This document shows positions 12,502 to 24,097 of a stretch of 64,000 nt of DNA, in pieces (position 1 is the first letter of the stretch; each line of letters begins with the position of its first letter). The notes under the pieces are model-generated. The model saw nothing but the letters and a program-made list of their open reading frames with translations. It made no database searches and was not told the DNA's origin. Source of the stretch: Octopus sinensis (Eukaryota); NCBI RefSeq assembly GCF_006345805.1, contig NC_043001.1, positions 87,854,001 to 87,918,000 on the forward strand, in the 5' to 3' direction. The translations under genes and the position numbers were made by a program.

Positions 12502-12900
12502 CGATGGGCTTCTTTCAGTTTCTGTCTACCAAATCCACTCACAAAGCTTTGGTTGGCCCGAGGCTATAGTAGAAGACACTTGCCCAAGGTGCCACACAGT
12601 AGGACTGAACCTGGAACCATGTGGTTGGTAAGCAAGCTACTTAACACATAGCCATGATACAAAAAATTGTCACAGATCCTGAAAAAGGACAACAATAATT
12701 TCACATTGAATCAATATAGACAACACAACTGAATCAACATTTCAGTACTATGCCACTTATGTATGGTCTGCCCAAATCCCCCCAAAATATGTTCCATTAA
12801 AATTTTTCATCAGATGCCAGAGCTCAACATGACATCTACTGAGCATATTACTTGTAGATATAAACCAACACAGTTTTTGATGCTATACCAAGAATTCTAC
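11920..12900 (+). mobile_element. Penelope-like element RT remnant, split by a SINE
   Basis: NKGLDFTTNIKQVLYLDMTAPFEEIHLKIPK...LEKVLEKA before the SINE; KLSQILKK...MYGLPK (YGLPK at 12762-12776) after it. Multiple stops and frameshifts. Confidence 0.7.
12276..12655 (-). mobile_element. tRNA-derived SINE family B (CORE-like segment, internal microsatellite spacer)
   Basis: Minus strand has a tRNA-like head, then GGCACCTTGGGCAAGTGTCTTCTACTATAGCC, a (TG)n spacer and a GTAAAAGAGTAAAAG-type tail. Confidence 0.85.
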
Positions 12901-14292
12901 TTTCTTTGTGATCATAATTGAAAGGTGACTTTCATCATCGTTGTTGTTTTAACATCCACTTTGTGTATTTCATATCATGCAGTTATGGCAAGTGAATATA
13001 AAGATGGATTAGCCATCAGTTTAGAGTTTGCACTCCACCACGGCTGGAACTTGTTCAGGAATTCATATATGCTTGACATTTTATTTTGCAACATAATGTC
13101 AAAAAGTTTTCACAGGTATGTTAGGTGGAAGTGGTTAAGTGTTTTTGGCATATTTTTTGTAAACTGTCCAGGTTTTACCACCATTAATTAGTGCTGTCAC
13201 CATGACAGTTTTGTATATGTGAAGTTTGTTTTTTATAGTCAAACCAGATTTTTACAAACCTTGTGATGAAGACATCCAGAGGCAGAGATGGCTTTGGATG
13301 TCTTCATCATTCTATTCTCAGGTGTCATCTCCTCTCAGCAGGTTGATTGTCAAGTATCCCCATTCAGGTAGTCAAAGACCGATGAATTATTCCATGTGAA
13401 TGTACATAGTGAGGACCCAATCCCTTTCATAAATCGGTATTCCATTAAGAGAGTGCCCCAGACACACCCAATAGATCTTGCTATCATATCTTATAATCCA
13501 TTGACCATATTGGGTTTTTCTGCCTCATTTACCATTTCAGCCTTCCTACACTTAATGAGTAACATCCCCTGTACAACAATCCTTCCAAGATTGCTGATAT
13601 GTGCATGTATATATGCAGCGGTAATATTCAGCAATCAGATCACTGTATCTGATGTAACAATTTGTTAGAATATTACTCACATGATAAGAAAATCTGTCCA
13701 ATCATGACTTGGCTCCAGCAACGATTTAATCTTTTGGTGCACTTCTTTTTAAGCCTAACCATTGCTATGAATTCAGTGCACCTTTGCTACTTAGAGAGAG
13801 AGAGCATTGACACAGCAAAGATAAGATGGCAGACAGATATGGACAGCTACTGACAGCAGCTAAACAATGATGCACAATGACCAACACCAGCACCAAATAA
13901 CTACACTTTGACTGCTATTACAATCTCACCAAGAACAATAACATTCAAACTCTCTTGATGTTTTGTCATTCATAGTAATGACAACATATTTCTTTGCTTA
14001 CGAAAAGAAGGAATATATTTGTTTATCATAAATCTCAACAGATATTGGTGTTCTTCTTTATAACAACCGGTGACCTCCCATGATAAAAGTCACAGTTAGC
14101 ATTTGTGAAACACACATACACACGCAAAACTCTGTTGAGTCACCATAAAAGATAAATCACAGGATTTAATACAGGTGTGAATAACTCTTTAAGAATTATA
14201 ACCAAAAGGCTCCTATTTCCTATACTCTGAATTACTTATTTCCAATAATCGCTGGTAATCCAAGCTTGCTTTTCTTTCAAAATATTCACCAT

Positions 14293-14862
14293 TTACTCTT
14301 TTACTTGTTTCAGTCATTTGACTGCGGCCATGCTGGAGCACCGCCTTTAATCGAGCAACTCGACCCCGGGACTTATTCTTTTGTAAGCCCAGTACTTATT
14401 CTATCGGTCTCTTAAATCTCAAATAAAAGTTTGAAGAATACATCCATCAAATGATATATATATATCTTTTATCTTTTACTTGTTTCAGTCATTTGACTGC
14501 AGCAATGCTGGGGCACCATCTTAAAGGGCTTTTTAGCCAAATGAATTGATTGTAGGACTTATTTTTTGAAGCCTAGTAATTATTATATTGGTCTCTAGTG
14601 CTGAACTGCTAAGTTACAGGGATGTAAACACATCACCACCAGTTGTCAAGAGAAGGTGGGGGACAAACAGAGACACTCACACATAGATATCTACACACAT
14701 TTATATATAGGATGTTTCCTACCAAATCCACTCATGAGGCTTTGGTTGGCCCAAGGCCGTAGAAGACATTTGTTCAAGGTGCCATTCAGTGGAACTGAAC
14801 CTGGAGCCATGTGGGTGAGAAGCAAGCTTCTTACCACACAGCCATGCTTGCACCTATCCTCA
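14293..14862 (-). mobile_element. Two adjacent SINE family B copies (one 3' fragment, one near full length)
   Basis: Both begin ctcttttacttgtttcagtcatttgactgc on the + strand and match the copy at 12276. Confidence 0.8.
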
Positions 14863-14867
14863 TCGTT

Positions 14868-16398
14868 TAGCATCCGCTTTCCATGCTAGCATGGGTTGGA
14901 CGGTTCAACTGGGGTCTGGGAAGCCAGAAGGCTGCACCAGGCCCAGTCTGATCTGGCAATGTTTCTACGGCTGGATGCCCTTCCTAACGCCAACCACTCC
15001 ATGAGTGTAGTGGGTGCTTTTTATGTGCCACCGGCACAGGTGCAAGACGAGTCTGGCAAACGGCCACGATCAGATGGTGCTTTTTATGTGCCACCGGCAC
15101 GGGGGCCAGGCGAGGCTGGCAATGGCCATGAGGGGATGGTGCTTTTTACATGCCACCGGCACGAGGCCAGTTGGGGCGGCGCTGGCAACGTCCACGTTTG
15201 GATGGTTCTCTTACGTGCCACCGGCACTGGTATCTCAGCTGCAATTTCCATTGATCGATTTGAATTCTGATTCTCACTTGCCTCAACAGGTCTTCATAAG
15301 TAGAGTTTTGTGTCCCAAGAAGGGAAGGTATGCATAAGTGGACTGGCTACATCCCGTGTAGAAGGCCACGGGTTATGGTCTCACTTGTCCTGCCAGGTCT
15401 TCTCACGCACAGCATACTTCCAGAGGTCTCGGTCTCTAGTCATTTCCTCAGTGAGACCTAAAGTTCGAAGGTCGTGCTTCACCACCTCGTTCCAGGTTTT
15501 CCTGGGTCTGCCTCTTCCACAGGTTCCCTCAACTGCTAGGGTGTGGCACTTTTTCACACAACTATCTTCATCTATTCTCACCACATGACCATACCAGCGC
15601 AAACGTCTCTCTTGCACACCACATCTGATGCTTCTTAGGTCCAGCTTTTCTCTCAAGGTACTTACACTCTGTCGAGTATGAACACTGACATTACACATCC
15701 ATCGGAGCATACTGGTTTCATTTCTTGCGAGCTTACGCATATCCTCAGCAGTCACGGCCCATGTTTCACTGCCATGTAGCATGGCTGTTCGTACACACGC
15801 GTCATACAATCTGCCTTTTACTCTGAGCGAGAGGCCTTTTGTCACCAGCAGAGGTAAGAGCTCTCTGAACTTTGCCCAAGCTATTCTTACTCTAGCAGTT
15901 ACACTTTCAGCACACCCACCCCCGCTACTGACTTGGTCACCTAGGTAACGGAAGCTATCAACTATTTCTAGTTTTTCTCCCTGGAAAGTGACAGAAGTTG
16001 GTCTCAGAGCATTTTCAGTGTTTATTGTTCCTGAGCATCTGCCACATACAAAAACTATCTTCTTAGTTAGCCTTCCTTTGACATTGCTGCACCTCTTATC
16101 TGTCCATAGCTTACACTTGGTGTATCTTATAGAGTTTCTACCTACACCTTTTCTACAGATCGAGCAGGGCCATCTACCTGAAGGCATTTGTGATTTGTCT
16201 ACCTTCCTACTTATTAGGACCTTGGTTTTAGCTAGAATGACTCTAAGGCCCTTTGATTCTAATCCTTGCTTCCACACCTGAAACTTCTCCTCCAGTTCTG
16301 ATAATGACTCAGCAATTAGAGCAAGGTCATCAGCATAGAGGAGCTCCCAAGGGCATCCTGTCTTGAATTCCTCCGTTATTGCCTGGAGGACTATGATA
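14868..16398 (-). mobile_element. 5'-truncated RTE-clade LINE with an open reading frame from the RT core to the stop, plus 3' UTR
   Basis: Frame extends upstream of the listed ORF: IVLQAITEEFKTGCPWELLYADDLALIAES (YADD at 16326-16337), then FRYLGD, MLHGSETW, RRLRWYGHV, GRGRPRKTW; stop at 15381; 3' UTR with about 60-bp subrepeats. Confidence 0.92.
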
Positions 16399-17093
16399 TA
16401 TAAAAGAAATTATATAAACGCCAAGAAAGCAAAGAATTATGTAATGACTTTCTCTAAAGCTTTTGTATATTGTTCTAACACCAGGTCATTAATATTGCTT
16501 TGCATAAACAAAAATATTAAAACATATGCACACACACATACACCTGCACATAGAGATGGGAGAGAGAGAGTGAATCGTTCAATGCATTTTGTTTTGTAAT
16601 TTTAGTATTCTGAATTCAGTTCCTACCAAATTTAACTCTCTAGATACACAAACAAATATATAAATAATGATAAAATAAAATAGAATATGAAACCCAGCAA
16701 TATATTCCTTGTTCAGTTTACATATAACTACAATGTACTCCATCACAGAACAAAAAAAAAAAACTTTGTACTTTGTCATGTACATATAAATGTAAGCTAT
16801 CCAATCAGTAACATTTCCAAAGAATTACAATAGAGAGAGGTGAAGAGAGAAGTAGGATGAGAGGAGGAGAAGGAAGAGGTAAAGACGAGATTGGATTGGT
16901 TGAATATGTGATGTCATCAACATTTAATCTCTGGTAAAATTTGAATTTCTAGACTTGCATTTGTTGTTAGTGATTTCAACTGTTATTTAAGTTAACTTTC
17001 AAAACAAACTATACCATATAAAGAATCTTACACAAAAATGAAGCAAATATATCATATATATATATATATATATATACATATACATACAGACAT

Positions 17094-17127
<34 letters not shown>

Positions 17128-17550
17128 TTATATATATGTGTGTGTGTGCGTGTATGTATGTATATATGTATGTATATACAGATTACATTTTCACAAATAT
17201 ATAATATGGCATAAATATGTATTTATATAAATACATTTATAATTTTGTGTATGTGTGTTGCTTTTACTGTACTTCTTTTGATGTTGTAGATTTTGTTGTT
17301 CCAGGTAAACTTATTTTCTGATGGCTAAATTGTTCATGTATTGCATTTATTGTAGTGTTTATAGACATGGTAGTGGACATTGTTGATATTATTCTGGTAG
17401 GTAATATCTTTATTGTTGAGGATTTGTTTTCTTGCTTTTTTTTTTTTGTGAAATGGTTTTTGTTGTAAACATTTACTGCTGTACTGTAGGTGGAGTTATT
17501 ATTATTTTTTTTTACTTCAGATGTTGTTACTGTTAATATTCTTTGTTACT

Positions 17551-18170
17551 AAGGTGGTGAGCTGGCAGAAACATTAGCATGCCGAGTGAAATGCTTAGCG
17601 GTATTTTGTCTGCCGCTACGTTCTGAGTTCAAATTCCGCTGAGGTTGACTTTGCCTTTCATCCTTTCGGGGTCGATTAAATAAGTACCAGTTACACACTG
17701 GGGTCGATGTAATCGACTTAATCCATTTGTCTGTCCTTGTTTGTCCTCTCTGTGTTTAGCCCCTTGTGGGTAGTAAAGAAATAGGTATTTCGTCTGTGTT
17801 TATGTTCTGAGTTCAAATTCCGTCAAGGTCGACCTTGCCTTTCATCCTTTCAGGGTCGATAAATTAAGTACCAGTTACGCTCTGGGGTCGATGTATTCGA
17901 CTTAATCCCTTTGTCTGTCCTTGTTTGTCCCCTCTATATTTAGCCCCTTGTGGGCAATAAAGAAATAAGAAATGTTAGCACACCGAGTGAAATGCTTAGC
18001 AGTATCTCGTCCATCGTTATGTTCTGAGTTTAAATTCCGCCGAGGTTGACTTTGCCTTTCATCCTTTCGGGGTTGATAAATTAAGTACCAGTTGCATACT
18101 AGGGTCGATCTAATTGACTGCCCCCCCCTCCCCAAAAATTTCGGGCCTTGTACCTTGAGTAGAAAAGAAT
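17551..18170 (+). mobile_element. Three head-to-tail copies of SINE family A (tRNA-like head, Meta/MESC-like central domain)
   Basis: Each unit has GAGTTCAAATTCCG...GTCGACTTTGCCTTTCATCCTTTCGGGGTCGAT..AAGTACCAG. The domain name is from recollection. Confidence 0.85.
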
Positions 18171-18808
18171 ATTCTTTAACTGGTGTTACTATTTGCCAAG
18201 TTACTCCTATTTTTTAGATCTTTAATGAAGGCCCTCTTAACAGTCACCACCCTAACTTTCTTCAGATATAAAATGACTAAGACTACACTCCAATGTGTCA
18301 TCTTTTAAAACAGTAAGATTTGATCTGAGTGAGATTCAGCTGCTGTTTCTATTAGGTTGAGTTATCATGTAGAACCTCTATCATTGGCCTAAGCTATTGA
18401 TGTTATTGTTGTTGGGAATTAATCTTTAAATTTTTTTTTTTTTTTGCATATGTAATCATTTTAATTCAAAGTATGAAAAGGAATATATTTTACAAAAGAA
18501 AAACAAAAAAGGGGGGAGAAAGAGAAAAAACAACATCAATGCAACACCAAGTGCTTCAATTGATCACACACCATAAGGTTCAACAGAATCTACTGAAGCA
18601 AGCCAGCACACTCGTGGCATTACCACAGGCTAAGGCATTGGAAAAGCCAAGCACCCTCACAGGCATCACCAGACATTGTTGATGATGTTGTTGTAGTATA
18701 TATTATTAACATAATTTAATCACCTATTATATGTATGTATGTATGTATATATATGTATGCATATATTTATGTGTGTGTGTGTGTGCTTTCATATATATAT
18801 ATATATAT

Positions 18809-18945
18809 AATTATAATTAAGGGTATCTAAAAGATGCCATCGTGCTAGAGATAGCAGTCAAAACTTGACTCTAGTGGTTTTAGAATCAAGTTTTGACTGC
18901 TATCTCCAGCATGATGGTATCTTTTAGATACCCTTAATTATAATT
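18809..18945. repeat. Palindrome: 65-bp arms, 7-nt loop
   Basis: 18809-18873 versus the reverse complement of 18881-18945 shows four transitions. Confidence 0.9.
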
Positions 18946-19019
18946 TTAATAATAATTATTACCTATGAGGTTTTTATTCTATACTAGCCACATGATATGA
19001 TCGGTATTTTAAAAAACGA

Positions 19020-19255
<236 letters not shown>

Positions 19256-19719
19256 TATGGATTTTGGTCTCTATCATCTAGCATCACTATCTTTCCAAAT
19301 CTTGAATTTTTGGTCCTCCAAAGTCATCTCGGTGTATAAGTTAACTGTAAACTTTGGTCTTAAAAATTTGACTTCCTATGGTAGAAGAAAACTTGTAAAT
19401 GAAGGATATTAACTGTGTCAAATAACCTGATTTAATATTTTATCTGACATAATGGTAATTTAGAAGATGATGAGTTGACAGGGTTTTTAGAGTCTCAGAC
19501 AAAAAGTTTTCCAGATCTCTGCTCAGATCCCATTGAAGTCAACTATACTTTTGATCCTTTCTGGGTCAGTAAATGAAGTACCAGTTTTGTACTGGTATCA
19601 GTTCAGCTCTTTTCCTCACTTTTCCACTCTTACCCTCTGCGAACAAAGTTAGCTGCATCTAGATTTGTAGAGGTATGGGCAGTGTCAGGTTTCAAATATG
19701 CCCAAGAAATGCCGTGTTG

Positions 19720-20009
19720 CAAAAGGTTTGTGGTATTTAATTACATCTCTTCATGTTTTGGATCCAGCTTTTGGAATCAAATTTACCTTCCTTCCTTCAC
19801 AGGTTAATAAAATAATTAATCAGGAGTTGAGGGCTCAAGGATGAAAGTAAGAAGCAGTTATTTAATGGAAGGGAATGTAATCTGTTAAATTGACTCTAGT
19901 ACTTCACAAGTATTTATTTTATTAACCTGTGAAGGAAGAAAGGCAAACTTGATCCCAAAAGCTGAATGCAAAATATTAAGAGATGTAAGTAAATATCACA
20001 AGCCTTTTG
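19720..20009. repeat. Inverted repeat: 96-bp arms, 98-bp spacer
   Basis: 19720-19815 versus the reverse complement of 19914-20009 shows 11 mismatches by hand count. Confidence 0.8.
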
Positions 20010-20249
20010 AGTAACTCTGCTGATCCTGTCAACCATTACTCTTCATCTGACCACAACGACAACAACAACAACAATAATAATAATCCTTTCTACTATAGGA
20101 AAAAGGCCTGAACTTTGAGGGGAGGGGGAAAGTTGATTAAAATGACCCGAGTGCTCAACTGGTACTTATTTTATTGACCTAAAAAAGATTGAAAGGTGAA
20201 GTCAACTACACTATTTGTCACAGCTGACTAGTTTGCAAAAGCAGTTGGG

Positions 20250-20735
20250 ACATGAAGACCAGTTGGAAGCTTGCTATGCAATAAAGTTTTGTGTTAAACT
20301 AGGCAAAAATACTACAGAAGCTTATGAAATGTTCCAGACTGTTTTTAGATTAACTTGTATGAACTGAGCTTCTGCTTTTCACAGGTACAAGAGACCTGGC
20401 AAATCAAGTCCACTGGGAAAATCACGATGATCCTCTTTTTTAACAGCAAGGGTGTCATCTACATCCACTGGGTTCCCTCTGGTCAGAAACTCAACAAAGA
20501 ATACTTTGTGGAGGCTTTGAAAAAGTTCAGAAAGAGATTTCATTGCAAAAGGCTAGAGCATCTGTGCCAGGGCAATGAACCAGGCTACAATTCCATCCTT
20601 GTAACTAATTACTTGACAGAGATGTGCACCAGAACTATCCCTCACCCTCCCTACAGTCCAGTCCTTGTTCTCTGTGACTTTTGGATCTCCTCCAAGCTGA
20701 AGGAGAATATGAAGGAGGCTGTGACACCTTCACTT
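20250..20735 (+). mobile_element. Internally deleted mariner transposase remnant
   Basis: N-terminal YAIKFCVKLGKNTTEAYEMFQTVF...ASAFHRYKR abuts C-terminal KSTGKITMILFFNSKGVIYIHWVPSGQ...IPHPPYSPVLVLCDFW (YSPDLAP-like). Confidence 0.85.
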
Positions 20736-20886
20736 GAGAACTAATCAAATATAAATTAACAAATGTAATTTGGAAAGTTTGAAACCTAGGTCCTAGGTTA
20801 TTCACATCTGGGTTGTACATATATTTAATGTTCTTCCTACAGGTAAGATGAAATTTTTTGTTTGCTGCTCACAAACATATTTGCCA

Positions 20887-20924
<38 letters not shown>

Positions 20925-20985
20925 TGTTCGCTTTCCAGCACATGATCTCAGATCAAATCACTTGCTATGCAAGTACATCTTTGTA

Positions 20986-21016
<31 letters not shown>

Positions 21017-21296
21017 ATGTACTGTTCTGTGATGGTAAGATTAACAAAAAAATTTCTCCATCTATATAGTTTGGTAAAACAAACATGAGAAATAGCACTC
21101 AAAATGCACAAGTATATTAAAGTTTTTTATATTATTAAATGGCAGAAAGTTACAAAAGCTGCACAAGGGCTGAGATTCAAGAGTGCATAGCGCTTAAAAT
21201 TTGGCAAGTGCTCTTGCTGAGCCACTTTTGTAACTTAGTGTTTTATCAAAAATAATAGATATGTAATATATCATCATCATCAGCAGCAGCAGCAGC

Positions 21297-21670
21297 AGTG
21301 GAGGCGCAATGGCCCAATGGTTAGGGCAGCGGACTCGCGGTTTCGATTCCCAGACTGGGCATTGTGTGTGTTTATTGAGCAAAAACGCCTAAAGCTCCAC
21401 AAGGCTCCAGCAGGGGGGGGTGGTGACCCCTGTTGTACTCTTTTGCTCCAACTTTCTCTCATTCTTTCTTCCAGTTTCTTGTCCCTGACTTCCTACGCAA
21501 CTGCTGAGCCTGGATGCGCATTCATCCATCTGTCAATGCTCTCGGTGTCGGGGGTTGACCTGCTTTCTCTTCTGCAGGTCTTCCGAATAGCAAAGGACCA
21601 CATTTCGGACTTCTCCCATCTTGCGAGCTCTGATACGAAGACCGCTTCGCTCAACAGCAACAACAGCAAC
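21297..21670 (+). mobile_element. tRNA-headed SINE ending in (CAA)n
   Basis: A-box-like TGGCCCAATGGTTAG, B-box-like GTTTCGATTCC, GC-rich body, CAACAGCAACAAC tail. Confidence 0.65.
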
Positions 21671-22364
21671 ATCATTGTCAACATCATTATCATTTAACAT
21701 TTTTCATACTGGCTTGGGTTGCACTATGTGTGTGTGTGTTTCTGAGTGGGATTAGTGTCATTACATCACATTCATCACTATCATGCTTATCCTTTTGATC
21801 AGGATTATTCACTTTTGAATGCTGGTATGAGTCAGATGTGTGAGTTTTATAACTTAATCTCACTCTTGTCTTTCTTGTGTCATCTAGCTAAAAAAAAAAA
21901 AGGTTGATTTATACACCAAGATGACTTTGAAGGACCAAAAATTCCATGTGAAGGATAATGATGAAGTTTGAACGTTTACACTACATGTTTACATTATATA
22001 CTGGGTTAACTTTTAAGCCAATTTTCCTCTGTAATGGTTATCAGCTCCCTTATTAACTAATACCTGCCTTTTGTTCAGAAGTTATCATTCATTTACATCA
22101 CATGTTCATAACCATCTCATTCATGCTTACTTTATTTTTCTCCATCTGCCATAAGTCTTCCACATGCAATGCTCTATGTCTCACTATCATGTAGCATTGT
22201 ATTTTTCATACATTTTTGTACAATTTGACATTTAAACTGAAACGGAAAAAACATTTTTTGCCAAACAAATTAAACGGTTCCTCTAGCGTCTTCAAGTCTT
22301 TTCTTTCTCTAGCTAATACACTATCACCAGAATCATCAGAAACAGTGATTGTTTGTGGAAGGAC

Positions 22365-22603
22365 AGCAATCGCCCATGCATACTAGCCTCCCCTCTCCAC
22401 GACACCAGTGTTACCCAAGGGAAAGGCAAAAGCCGATACAGCTCGGCACCTGTGACGTCGCAACTCATTTCTACAGCTGAGTGAACTGGAGCAACATGAA
22501 ATAAAGTGTCTTGCTCAAGAACACAACACGCAGCCTGGTCCGGGATTCGAGCTCACAACCTCACGATCGGAAGCTCGATGCTCTAATCACTGAGCTATGC
22601 GCC
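22365..22603 (-). mobile_element. tRNA-derived SINE family D (CORE-like)
   Basis: Minus strand GGCGCATAGCTCAGTGATTAGAGC...CTCGAATCCCGG then GTGTTCTTGAGCAAGACACTTTATTTC. Related copies at about 29070-29340, 58740-58890 and 61820-62060. Confidence 0.75.
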
Positions 22604-22729
22604 GTCTGTGCATTTAAGATACTGAAAATGATAAATATCTCCCATCAGTCACCAGGGTTACCATTTAAGCTTAAATTCAATGATGTTAAATGTTAAAAAA
22701 AAAAGTAAAAAATGGTTGTGGTGGGGTGC

Positions 22730-22932
22730 AGGTATGGCCATGTGGTTCTGAAGCTCACTGTACAACCTTGTGGTTTTGGGTTCAGTCTCACTGCACAGCA
22801 CCTTCGGTAAATGTCTTTTACTCAGGTTGACCAAAGCTTGTGAATGAATTTGGTAAACAGAAACTGTGTGGAAGACCATCATATCTGTCTGTCTGTCTGT
22901 TTTCTTATCTATATGTTTGTCAGTCTTTTTCC

Positions 22933-22980
<48 letters not shown>

Positions 22981-23348
22981 TGATCATCTATCTATCTATC
23001 TATCTCTCTATCTCTCTATCTATCTATCTATCTATCTATATATCTATCTATCTATCTATCTATCTGTCTATCTCTGTCTGTCTCTCTGTCTATCTGTCTG
23101 TCTGTAGTTTTGTATTTGTGTTTGTCCCATTATTGCTTGACAATCAGTGTTAGGTTGTTTACATACTGTAACTTAGTGATTCATCAAAAGAGATTGATAT
23201 AATAAGAACCAGTGTTAAAAAAGAAAGAAAGAAAGAAAGAAACATAGTACTGCAGCTGATTTCTTCAACTAAACCTTTTGAAGTAGTGCCCCAGCAAGGC
23301 CATAGTCCACTGACTGAAACAAATAAAAGATGAAAGAAAAGATAAAGG
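22730..23348 (+). mobile_element. SINE family B with (TATC)n/(TCTG)n expansion in the spacer
   Basis: Head 22730-22880, tetranucleotide array about 22885-23105, tail to 23348. Confidence 0.75.
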
Positions 23349-23659
23349 TAATCATCATCATCATCATCATTTAGTGTCTATTTTCCATGCTGGCATGTGT
23401 TGGCTGGCTCAGCAGGAGCTTGCAAGTCAGTGGATTGTACTGAGTTCCAATGTCTGCTTTGGTATGGTTTCTATGGCAGGATGCCCTTCCTAATGCCAAG
23501 CCTTCCGTCAGCAGTGATGGACAACATGCAAGTGTGCTGCCACCATGTACTGGAACCCTAACAATTCAGGTAAATAAATAAGTGAATAGATAAATGATAA
23601 ATTTCTTTTAGAATTCAAGACAAATGTCCATGCACAAAATGTTAGCCTGTACATCATTT

Positions 23660-24097
23660 GGATCTTTTCGGTTTGAACGGCAGTTTTTTCTAGCGGTGTC
23701 ATATGAAATTGTCACCCGTAATTATGACCCTAGTATCGATCTATTGCATTTCAATCTGTTTTAGGGTTAGGGTTAGTTAGGGTTAGTTAGGGTTAGGGGT
23801 GGGGGGAAGGGTTTCTTTTTTCTTCACAAATGTAAATAAACCCAATCTGTTTCTTAAACGAGGGACATATTCATATGGCACAGAATGTTTTTTTACCTCA
23901 ATAGACGTCATTGATTGGTTGAAATTGCAGAAATTGAAGAAAAACAACAACAAATATCTTACAAAGTACAGAATTTTCTCAATAAAGCCAAAAGAAAAAG
24001 ATGTTTTATAAACACATTCTACCAGTATATGAAGTTTAAAAGTGTTTAGTTATGTGGAAATTATTTTTTAAAACTGTCATTCAAACTGAAAAGATCC
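23660..24097. mobile_element. MITE with GG-starting 28-bp TIRs, 8-bp TSD and internal TTAGGG repeats (Merlin-like)
   Basis: TSD CATCATTT at 23652-23659 and 24098-24105; TIRs GGATCTTTTCGGTTTGAACGGCAGTTTT and GGATCTTTTCAGTTTGAATGACAGTTTT; TTAGGG/TTAG run at about 23761-23798. Confidence 0.85.

Noticed and set aside
14896-15588. Plus-strand ORFs of 92-124 aa
   Set aside because: Antisense to the RTE ORF and its 3' UTR subrepeats; the same holds for repeat-derived ORFs at 44770-45037, 47027-47422 and 51280-51519.
22530-22603. Possible tRNA gene (also the heads at 21300 and 46400)
   Set aside because: A and B boxes are present but there is no acceptor stem, and the sequence continues into a SINE body.
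22844-23153. Poly-SIYL ORFs, and poly-SL ORFs at 29586-29927
   Set aside because: Translations of (TATC)n and (TC)n repeats.
23761-23798. Telomere or chromosome fusion scar
   Set aside because: The short TTAGGG run lies inside a TIR element with an intact TSD.
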